Below, one piece after another: positions 35,116 to 46,554 of a stretch of DNA of 64,000 bases (the stretch's first letter is position 1; every line of letters begins with the position of its first letter). Under the pieces are notes generated by a model. That model did no database searches. It was not told the DNA's origin and was given only the letters and a program-made list of their open reading frames with translations. The position numbers and the translations under genes were made by a program. The stretch is from Ostrea edulis (Eukaryota). The stretch is from contig NC_079167.1 in NCBI RefSeq assembly GCF_947568905.1, forward strand, positions 32,550,001-32,614,000, in the 5' to 3' direction.

Positions 35116-37606
35116 CTGACCGTCCGTCATCTGTCCGGCATTGGGCTGTGTTAATCTGTTAATTTTTCACATTTCGACTTCTTAAGAACCATGTCATTTT
35201 CAAACAAATTTGGCACAATTATTCTACAGTCAAGTGGATTCAAACGATCAGACGCTGGGATCACGCAAGCTCACTTTTGATGTACATGTACAGCGTACAA
35301 TGTAAGCCTCACTTTCTCACTATATGTTCCTTTCATAAAAGTGAAACTGGGATCAAAAGTGAGCCCGTTTGAGTTTGAAGGCCCCGAATGGGAAATAATT
35401 CAGTACCTACGGTAAAAATCTAAATCCACGAAAACCACATCGTCGCAAACCACGGGTTATTGTTTCATTCTATTTCACAAATAGAATGAAACAATAACCC
35501 GTGGTTTTCGACGATGCGAAAACCAGTGAACCAGAGAAATGAAATCGTGCATGACAACTTCCTTATAGGTTTACATTTTATAATGAATTTTCAAGTGTGT
35601 CCAATACAAGGACGGGATCACGACAGAGGGTTTATAATCTTTCCTATACAGGTAGACAGAAAAATTCCTAATCTTCTGTAGAACCACCGAACGGAAAAAT
35701 CAAAACTTGCACGATCGCTTCCATACATTGTGGGGATCTAAGTTTGATCAAACAATGGCCTCCGGGGGGACAATATAGAGTTAAAAAGTTACATACAGGA
35801 AAATGGATGATTTTTTTTTACTTCTTCAAGGTCACAAGTAACCCCTGTACTAAGTATGAGCTTTTTACAGTTCCTCATTGAGAAATTGTGATATATAGAT
35901 CTTCCTACCTTTTTAATGTGACCTTGACCTTGGTTAATTAACTTTCTACATTGTACATTACCTAAATTTGAACCAAATACGAGTTCTTAATGTTTTCCCC
36001 CATTATAAAGTAAAGCTCGGACAAATACATTTAACTCTCTTTTACAACTGGCCCTGACCTTAGTCAGATGACTTGGTTTGGGGGTCATAGCACACTGTTT
36101 GGTCATAGGCAACATTTGTGTCAGTCATCGTCTACTCATTGTCTTTCCGTTACAAGTTGTTGTCAAGGTAAATATTACTTGTATTACCAGCGACTCGGGG
36201 CCACATGACCTTGGATGGGTCATGACACATGACTGATAATGATCTACCTTTGAGCCAAGTATGATTTTTAATAGTTCCACCACCAAGTTATGGCTCGGAC
36301 AAGGTGATTCATGTGATAGACCTAAACTTGGGGGGGGGGGGCTATCTAAAAGGTCAATTTCATATTTAAAATACATGAGGATATAAACTGTGAATCTTTA
36401 CGCCAACACACAATTATGAAGCGCGTTTGGGCTTCAAGAAAAGTATTCAGGCGTGAAGTGTTGCAGTTCATACCCTCATGTATTTTCATCTTATATTTAC
36501 ATTTTAGACGCACTTTTTAAAATTTCTGTCGGAATTCCTAGTCGTTAAAATATACGTATTATATTTATCAAGACTCGTATATGCATTGCCTAACAACTGC
36601 AGTGCGTTCATGATAAAATGGCTATCGTTACAATTTGTTATATATCAAAGGCAAAAACATTGGAAAAGTAAATATATAGTCATATTCCCAGTTTGTTTGT
36701 TAGATGCTATAGAGTAACGAATATTGACACAGATGTCATGCATTTCAGTATGAGCCATATAGCACCTGTCGTGGGTTTGAATTCGGACAGGAGTCATGAT
36801 TTCACAATTTTTGTTGAGACTTCTGTACTCATGATATAGACGGACCCAGTATATATGCTAGGTATTCAGGTAAAAACGAGAAGATTCCTAAAAGATTTCC
36901 CACATTTTCACCTTCTAACAAATTTAGCCCTGTCCTTGAGCCAGAACCCCTGACCAAGGGAAAATGAGTTTTCTTATTTGGTAGAGGGCCTTGACGTCTT
37001 TCTTAATATATGGCCAGTTTTTCTGATACCGGTATATAATTAAGAGTAAAGACTATACCATTTTTAAGGTCCATGGCCCATTCCTGGGGTCTCGAAGGGA
37101 TGGGGGTCATTAAAATGACAAGTCTTGTTCCCTTATCCCAGTGATGCTTCATTACAAGTTTGGTCAAAATTGGCAGGAGAAGAAATTAAACGACATAAGC
37201 ATGTGAACGGATCGCAAAAGGTGACTCGGGTGAACCCAACATACATTGTTCTGGGTACATGTATAACTTCAATGGTCTTGATAAAGCCGAAGTATTCCTA
37301 TGGACAAAACAGACATCTGTGTCGCATTGCTATAAAGTTCCAACACACAAGTGCCGTTTAGTCCGTATACAATCACTAAATCTGGTGTCCAATTGTTGCT
37401 GCCACTTTAATGCCTCCAAAGTGATGTATCGACGTGTCAACCCTCTGTCTTTTAACACGCCTGATATGTGTCCATTGAGCAAACCATATCAGATGAAGTG
37501 TCTGCATAAATAAAACACAAAGCAATTAAATCGCCTCTGCTGCATGTATGGAAACCCTAGAATACGTCAACAGATTTATACATATTTTCTCACTGCTGAG
37601 CTGCTA

Positions 37607-38593
37607 ATGACGCACCATGAAGCGGTATGTACAATGGAATTAACAGATACCCATATAAAGATGAAGGGCGAGGAGAGGAGACGAAGAGAGCGGATCAATA
37701 ATGCCGTGGCCAGGAGGAAGAAACGCGCTCATCAAATAAAGGAATGGATGCACGGAGGGAACCTTTACAACATCAGTAACACCCGACCCCCGGGGTTTCC
37801 TCCGCGACACTTCGTGGAAGAGAGAAAGTTGGAGGACGAGCTCTATAATTTGGGCAGGAAGCGACTCACGTATCAGTCTAGGTACGACAATGAGCGGATC
37901 ATGTTTATCGAGAACCAGAAGCGGAAATCTAGTGCAATACGACGACGGCTAGCGGACAGGAGTGTGGTGTCGCGGGGGTGGACGGTCAACGAACGCTCAC
38001 TTCTAACAAGGGAGGATTCCTCCAGAAACGAATTCACGGCCATGGGGCTGACATCCAAGGTTGAAACAAAAGAGGAACACGACAGACTCGAGACTCTTGT
38101 AGCGAAGTTGGAAGATGAGACTGTACAGCCAAAATTATCAAAAGAAAATACTGGTCAGCCATCATCTCGAGGAAAGGTGGTTCAGTTTAATCAAGTCTTC
38201 CAAACGGAAGTCCATTTAAGTAGAGAGCAAACCAAGGCCACGAACCGACAGATCAGTAGAACTCCAACGTTAGACCGTCTACCCAGCATTCACCGCGAGA
38301 GATCGAAGTCGAGAAGTCTCCCGATGGCATCACTGATTCCATGGTCCAAACTGAAATCGACCTCCATCCACCCCGGCAATCGTCTGCCACCGTTGACCTC
38401 TGATCCTAGATACAATCGACTTGAAAAACTGTTGTGTCCTGTGTATGTCTCTAAGAAATATCAGGATGTGTCAAGTGTTGTGGAGAAACTCGAGGCGCTA
38501 CACGCCCCGCCAAAACAGGTCCGCGTGAGTCGAATACAACGCGAGACGCGGATCCGAAACTTTCTCAGGGAAAAGGGGTTTCTGGTGACATGA
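37607..38593 (+). CDS. Intronless basic, largely disordered hypothetical protein (~320-350 aa), paralog B
   Basis: ORF 37544-38593; the true start is uncertain (Met at 37544, 37607 or 37634). Homologous to 29634-30545. Confidence 0.85.
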   Translation: MTHHEAVCTMELTDTHIKMKGEERRRRERINNAVARRKKRAHQIKEWMHGGNLYNISNTRPPGFPPRHFVEERKLEDELYNLGRKRLTYQSRYDNERIMFIENQKRKSSAIRRRLADRSVVSRGWTVNERSLLTREDSSRNEFTAMGLTSKVETKEEHDRLETLVAKLEDETVQPKLSKENTGQPSSRGKVVQFNQVFQTEVHLSREQTKATNRQISRTPTLDRLPSIHRERSKSRSLPMASLIPWSKLKSTSIHPGNRLPPLTSDPRYNRLEKLLCPVYVSKKYQDVSSVVEKLEALHAPPKQVRVSRIQRETRIRNFLREKGFLVT

Positions 38594-39284
38594 AGAATTT
38601 CAAAGGGACGTAGAGCAATTAACCCATAAGAAGAGATTTGTTATACAGTAAGCAGAAGAGCTATTTATATGCATGTATCTTAAAAATCTCAGGGTGTACT
38701 AGTATGTGGAAACAAGTATGACTGCATCTGTCAAAATAATCTGCATGTATCCTCTTGTGCTGTGTCTGTTGTTTATTTTTCTTGAGAAGTACCTATATGG
38801 TGTCAATTTTAATTAGATTTGCATGTATGTATGTACGGGATAACTTCTTCGTTAAGTCTTCTGGTCTTATAGGATTTGATCACGTGATCAACAGCAATAA
38901 AGTTTTAACATCCTCGACATCTTGCTTTCTGCTGTCGTCGACAAGAAACGTGTTTAATTAATTCATGTGTTGAACTGAAAAACACAAAATTTCACAAAGT
39001 TAACTTTGCCGTTTATATATATGCCAAAAGTTTTTGGAAAGCTATCTATACCATGAAAAAACATAATAAATTATGAGAAAGTTGTCACCATATAAAACTG
39101 TTAAAATCATTATTCTTAAAAGTGCACACACTTTCCTAATCCGAGATTCCTCTGACTCTTAACCCCGCTTTTATATTGTGACATGTGCCCCCGCATATGT
39201 CACAATATAAAAGCGGAGGTAAGAGTCAGAGGAATCTCGGATTAGTTAAGTACGTGCAACTCGTAATCTCTAGCTCTCAGTAAA

Positions 39285-39922
39285 ATTCAAGCTGGGGAAC
39301 GGGAGAGCTACACTCTCAGTATATCTCAGGCTGGGAACAGGAGAGCTACACTCTTAGTAAATCTCAGGCTGGGGAACGGGTGAGCTACTTTCACAGTATA
39401 TCTCAGGCTGGGGAACGGGTGAGCTACTTTCACAGTATATCTCAGACTGGGGAACGGGTGAGCTACATTCTCAGTATATCTCAGACTGGGGAACGCGAGA
39501 GCTACATTCTCAGTCAATTTCAGGCTGGGAACGGGAGAGCTACACTCTTAGTAAATCTCAGGCTGGGGAACGGGTGAGCTACTTTCACAGTATATCTCAG
39601 GCTGGGGAAGGGGTGAGCTACATTCTCAGTATATCTCAGGCTGGGGAACGGGGGAGCTACACTCTCAGTCAATCTCAGGCTGGGGAACGGGAGAGCAACA
39701 CTTTCAGTATTTTTCTCAGGCTGGGGAACGGGTGAGCTACATTCTCAGTCAATTTCAGGCTGGGGAACGGGAGAGCTACACTCTCAGTAAATCTCAGGCT
39801 GAGGAACGGGAGAGCTACACTCTAAGTAAAATTCAGGCTGGGGAACGGGAGAGCTACACTCTCAGTAAATCTCAGGCTGGGGAACGAGAGAGCTACTCCT
39901 TCAGTAAAATTCAGGCTGGGAT
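39285..39922. repeat. 39-bp minisatellite, ~16 copies
   Basis: CTCAGGCTGGGGAACGGGAGAGCTACACTCTCAGTA(A/T)AT units (e.g. 39363, 39402). Confidence 0.93.
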
Positions 39923-41212
39923 ACACTGGTAAAATTGCAACATATGTTGCAATTTTACCTGTGTATGGGAGAGCTACAGACCCTCATGTTAACTTTATAC
40001 CTATATAGCGCAGTGGTGTTTTTTTTTTTTTTCTGAACCTTGCAGTGTATGTTAAAAACTTGAATATGTCATGTTTTGCTATGTGCTACTACTGCTGTTT
40101 ACGTATCTACAGCTTTCCCCGGTCTCTCGTCCGGACAGGAGCCGAGAGCTTCCGGACCGCAGTTACGGCCAGACTAGAGTATGTGTGTCACAATCGTCAA
40201 CTATGGATATATTTATCACAGGATGTAACATTGTCTTCTAAAGGGTCGTTATGACCTTCACCACAGGGATTCGTACTGCAAAAAAAAAAAAAGATAGTTC
40301 AATTTTTGTATTCCCGGAATAAGATTGTCAGCAGGGGCGGATCCAGGAGTTGCGGTTATTGGCGCAACTTTATGAGGCAGGGGGTCTGGGGGCCGCCTTG
40401 AGGCCCCCAGTGGGTCCAGGATGAAGCCCCCGGATTTTACAGATTTTATAGGGCTTGAAATATGTCTCCTATGTAGTCATTTTCACTATTTTCTTTCATT
40501 TTCATTAAGGTGAAATTAATGAAATGACGCAAATTTTAAGGGTTTTTAGAAAAAAATGTAAGATATCTCAATAAAAATCATTCAATAATTCAAAATATTT
40601 TGTCATTTATTCCTCCGAGAGTGGAAGAAATTGTTGCTTCTTTTATCGTTTACATTTTTCTAAACAAGAGACCACATTTTACCTTATCAGAATCTTGCTG
40701 TACATCACGTGACATACCTCCTCCAATAAAGACGACTTATCTCTAGTTACGGATTAATGTCAGTCTGTAAATTCGGCGTCATTGTGCACTGTGACCCGAG
40801 GGTCGCGGATATTTTTTTGGGAATATACATAACTCTTGTTTTTGTTTTAACTGAATAGCAATGGGACAAAAAGTAACCTGGGAAACAATAAAGATGGCAA
40901 AATAATCAATAAATAAATTAGATTAATTAAACTAACTGCTATCATTATAATGTAATATCTACATCATGTATCAAGGCCGCATTCAACTGATCAGACTTGA
41001 ATGAAGTATGATATTTGAAATTCATCTTTCCAAATCCTTTTCAAGTGAACATTTTAAATGCTACAGTAAGCCACACCTCTGCCCTAGATTGACAGTAAAC
41101 TAGGATCAAGAACACTGACGCAGAATGTTCTGTAACTATAGATAGGTTCAATCTAATCAAAATTATATCCTTCCATCCCTTAAACTTTGATTCCTACACT
41201 AAGGATGGTCAT

Positions 41213-42520
41213 CATAGAGAAGTGTATCATATAGGAGTGTATCATAGAGAAGTGTATCATAGAGGAGTGTATCACAAAGAAGTGTACTGTAGAGAAGTGT
41301 ACAATAGAGAAGTGTATCATAGAGATGTGTATCATACAGAAGTGTATCACATAGAAGTGTACAACAGAGAAGTGTATCATAGAGAAGTGTATCACAGAGA
41401 AATGTACTGTAGAGAAGTGTATCACAGAGAGGTGTATCATAGAGACGTGTACAATAGAGAAGTGTATCACAGAGATGTGTATCATAGAGACGTGTATCAC
41501 AAAGAAATGGACCATAGAGGAGTGTATCATAAAGAAGTGTATCATAGAGAAGTGTACTGTAGAGAAATGCATCACAGAGAAGTGTACTGTAGAGAAATGT
41601 ATCACAGAGAAGTGTATCATAGAGACGTGTACAATAGAGAAGTGTATCACAGAGATGTGTATCATAGAGACGTGTATCACAAAGAAATGGACCATAGAGG
41701 AGTGTATCATAAAGGAGTGTATCATACAGAAGTGTATCACATAGAAGTGTACTGTAGAAAAGTGTATTATAGAGATGTGTACCATACAGAAGTGTACAAT
41801 AGAGAAGTGTATCATAGAGGAGTGTATCATAGAGAAGTGTACTGTAGAGAAGTGTATCATAGAGAAGTGTACTGTAGAGCAGTGTATCATAGAAAAGTGT
41901 ATCGTAGAGAAGTGTATTGTAGAGAAGTGTATCATGCAGAAGTGTACTGTAGAGAAATGTATCATAGAGAAGTTTACTGTAGAGAAGTGTGTCATAGAGA
42001 CGTGTATCATAGAGAAGTGTACTGTAGAGAAGTGTATCATAGAGACATGTATCATAGAGAAGTGTATCACAGAGACATGTATCATAGAGATGTGTATCAC
42101 AGAGAGGTGTATCATAGAGAAGTGTATCTTGGAGAAGTGTACAGTAGAGAAGTGTATCTTGGAGAAGTTACTGTAGAGAAGTGTATCACAGAGACGTGTA
42201 TCATAGAGAAGTGTATCTTGGAGAAGTGTACAGTAGAGAAGTGTATCTTGGAGAAGTTACTGTAGAGAAGTGTATCACAGAGACGTGTATCATAGAGAAG
42301 TGTATCTTGGAGAAGTTACTGTAGAGAAGTGTATCATAAAGATGTGTATCATACAGAAGTGTATCACATAGAAGTGTACTGAAGAGAAATGTATCACACA
42401 GAAGTGTATCATAGAGAAGTGTACCATAGGAGTGTACCACAGAGAAGTGTATCATAGAGAAGTGTATCATACAGAAGTGAACCATAGAGAAGTGTACCAT
42501 CAAGGAGTGTATCATAGAGT
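41213..42520. repeat. 15-bp minisatellite (AGAGAAGTGTATCAT), ~85 copies
   Basis: Direct periodicity, with a higher-order ~180-bp duplication (41425-41535 versus 41605-41715). It generates the long repeat ORFs on both strands. Confidence 0.95.
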
Positions 42521-44310
42521 TTTGGTTGCTTAAATCTTATATCACTTCTCACAAAATTCATACTTATATTATGATTAAAACATCTGTGTTCAATGCTTAA
42601 AATAGCTAACAAACCAAAGGCCTCAGAGTCAACTTGCCTACGATTTCCACCTAGGGGTGGTGGTATATAGCACTGTCTTATAAGCTTTAATTCTGAATGT
42701 TTAGTATGGTAAAACATGCATATTATGCTTAACTAGATATCTATGGAAATGCAGCATCACAAACTAGAAACATGACACATTGGCTTGAGGAATTTACCCA
42801 TAAAAGCTTCAAAAGTTGTGTGAACATAAAAGTTCAAGATCAAAAGTCACTATCCATGGTACCCAGCACATTTGCATGGGATGATCATTTATCGGTACTT
42901 GTATGTCAAATATCAAAAGCCTACTGCAAAAGACAAAACAGTAACAGCCTGGACACAATTTGTAGCATGCATCAATACAAATTATTCTCTTGAAGTCTTC
43001 AAATATTGTGATCGCCTCTTCCTCCGTTCTGTTTACATGAAGTATTCCCACAAAAATGGACCACATGTGTATGTAAATGATGTTCACTCACTTGTTGTTT
43101 ATTTAAACAAATATAGAATTCGTTAATTCATTTCACTGACAGATATATTTTCGTCAGAATTCTGTTAAAATAATGGATAATTTATATGTGGAATAACACT
43201 GCTAATGTGAGTGTAAGGAACGATAACTCTGGGTAGACATGCGTGTTCATGTTGTCTCCAAACCAAATGATAAAGAAAATATCATTGCAATTAGGTAGCA
43301 CTGCTTTTAATTGCAAGAACACAATAACCAATACTTTGTTTAAACCAACCCCTTTGACATGCACAATATTATCCATATTTTGCCAAAATTTCAATGAGAA
43401 GAGATTAAGAACTATTTGCATTACCTCACGTATGTATCAACAAAGGTTTGTACTCAAAATCCGAAGTGCAGTGCCGGTGATAACAAGGTTTTACTTGCTA
43501 TCGCGAGCCGACTCGAGAAAAACAACAAAACATCAACACAGGCCTATCACCAATAATTTCAAGTTTTAATATGGAGTTGTTTAAGAGCATGTGAAATCAA
43601 CAATGAATAACTATATACACAAAATGCAAACTATTTTATTAGTATGTGAAAGAAAAGATAGGGAAAAAAGATTTCTCCACCACACCATGTACAGTTACTA
43701 GCATATGTTTTTATTAATATGAAGATCTTTGCCCTCTGCTGTCATTTTGTTTGGTTTGGTAAATAGGTAACTTTACTTATTTCTGGAAGATCTAAATAAC
43801 AAAGACAAGCTGTTTAACTAAAGGGAGGGAACTACGCAGCAGAGATACATAGATACCCACAAAATTCAGAATAAAATCTACCAAGAAATCTCTGGATCAA
43901 AACATGTAAATACACTTTGAATCTGGGAGTTTCATTTCAGTCTCTCAGGTAAGGGCAAACAACTACTCAAATATAGCCTGATAAAGAATTTTTATAAAGA
44001 CAAATTCAGAATTCACAGAACTTATATACAATGAGGTGCTACAGAATTTTTCGTAAATATTTTCTGCATAAATTTATGAGAACTATTACTCGTCATAAAA
44101 CTAGAACTATTCTTATTCTTGACGTTTGGTAAACGGGAGTACATGTCCTATATATGTTATGTGTATACATTACAAATAAAAATGTGTTGTGAATTGCAGG
44201 CATTGGTTGCTAAATAAATAAACTTTTAAGAACAATACAACATCAAATACATTTGTATTCAAAAATTGGAGACATGGCACAACACTATTATATGGGACCA
44301 CAATACTTAA

Positions 44311-44828
44311 AGGGACTGGTTCACGATTTTTGATAAAAATATTTTTCATTTTTTATGTTAAACATTGAAAATATAACTCATTTAATGTTGACAGCCAAAA
44401 TTTTGACCTTCTGAATAGAACGATAAAAGCAATATTTTAGCCTTAAATCTGTGTTATGTAAACAAAGACTCGAGTCATTTTATTTTTACAAACAAACAAG
44501 TGAAATATTGATTTTGTAATATAAAGCATCTGAATTTTGCACAATCACAAATTTTGACTTTTAGATAACACGTTTTACCCCAAAATTGCTTGAAATGTGA
44601 AAGATATAATAAATTTAGATAGAAATCCATTTCTTTCGAAAATTTCGTAAACAATAGTATACCACAATCTTTGTTTACAAAAACAAATAATAAACTCTCT
44701 AAATTGAGCTTTTGTGATAAATGTATAACCTTAATTTTTATGTGAAATCTTTTAAACACATTAGACAATACATTTTGATCATTAAAAGTGAAAAAGAAAA
44801 TTTTGAGGAAAATCGTGAATCAGTCCCT
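44311..44828. mobile_element. Kolobok-like MITE, 518 bp
   Basis: 20-bp TIR AGGGACTG(G/A)TTCACGATTTT with one mismatch; TTAA at 44307-44310 and 44829-44832. Confidence 0.85.
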
Positions 44829-46554
44829 TTAAAAAGGTGTGTATGCCTGTTTGAAAACAATGAAACACTCCTAAAAGATTGCATTCCTGCAAACTGAAAT
44901 GTATAAAAACAGTATTATGTGTATCTCTTGTGAAGATTGAGAGTCAAATTTACTTCTTTTCCTCTGTTACAAACGAGATGTTTGCATTTAGACATCATTT
45001 TCCATACTGATATACATTTACAAGGTCAATCTGTGACTTTTTCTGTTTTTGTCATCATCTTTTCCACCGTACATATGAAGACAGTGCCACATGCCCAGTG
45101 ATGGGTTTCCGTCCCACGCGATCCTTACACCTCTCATGATCCGAATGTTACAACAGGAATTTCTCACATCACGTCAATTTCGTCCTATCCATTTTCCTTT
45201 CTATGTCTAAATATTACACTAGCAGTTTCTCACATCTCGCCATGTTATCCATTTGTCTGCCGTGGTCTGAAAGTTATACAAACAATTTCCAACAATTTCT
45301 CTTAACTCTGAGTCCATGGTGGTCTCCTCTCTGTACAATAACATATCCAAACGTGATCTTCAGACAGAAATCATAAACTGCCACAGACACCCATAATCAC
45401 TATACCTCCATCATGCCGAATGGGCCAAAATAGAAAGTTCAAATATTTGGGGTAATATTTGATTGGAGTTTTTTTTTAATCTCAGTGATTTTGGAAGTAC
45501 AAAATATTTCAATGGCAAGCTTTTTGAGCTTGACATTGAAATATTTGGTACTTCCAAAACATACTGAGATTAAAGTGTTGGTTATTTGGAGTGACTGGTG
45601 TTAGTCTCTTCACAGATGGAGGAACAGCAGAAGACACTCAACTGTCATTTGTATTGTCAAACTGGCTGTATGTAATAATTTGAAGAATCTGCAACAAAGA
45701 AAATTTCAAAGTGAGGTCAATCTTTTACCGAAACACAACGCACACTTTTATGACTGGGTAATATGCTGTAATTTCATTGGCTGTACCCAAGAAATTTATA
45801 TTCACAAATTCCCATAATACCTGTGCAATCCCATGTGATCAGCCCAAATTTTGTTTTGTTTACATCTTTGGATTGTTATATCACCCTCACATGTTCCTAC
45901 GAACTAAACATGACTGCTTTCTTGTTCGTAACTGGTTTGAATGGTGTTGTGACATTGATATTATTGCACATTGGGATAGCTGCTTCGTGGCATTGGGATA
46001 TCATGGGATAACATGAAGAAGCAAGTGCTTCAAGTAATGCTTTAATTTAGACTTTCTTATAATATCATCATACAACAAAATACTGTACAAAATTACATTT
46101 GTTTTGGTTAAACATAAGGATTTACTGTAAAAGTGGTTATTGACACTGGGGGTTAAGTACACGTTTTTCCACATCCAACATTTCGTGTGGGGGGGAAATA
46201 TGCGGCAACTGAATATAATAGATATTATATCAAATATATATAACTATACATGTGACCATGTAATTAATGTAAAATTACCCCACCTGTAAATAAACACTTT
46301 TACAGTATCAATCCAAGAAACATGATATTGACAGAAGTGAAACTGACATCATTATCACATTTCTTGGATTGAGAAATTCTTGTGCAGGTATTAACCCAAA
46401 CAAAAGCCACAGAGCGGGTTCGCGTCATGGTATTTTTTGTGTAACAACTGCACGACAGACTATTGTTCAGTTTCAAAACAGACTGAGGCATGACCCTGTC
46501 TTGCCACTATGTGGGGTTAGTTCTACGTGGACTATTGATAATTAATGGCTTACA

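Noticed and set aside
45000-46050. Possible extra terminal exon or NEMO-type CCHC finger of the TNIP-like gene
   Set aside because: No frame gave a convincing zinc-finger pattern; more likely 3' UTR.
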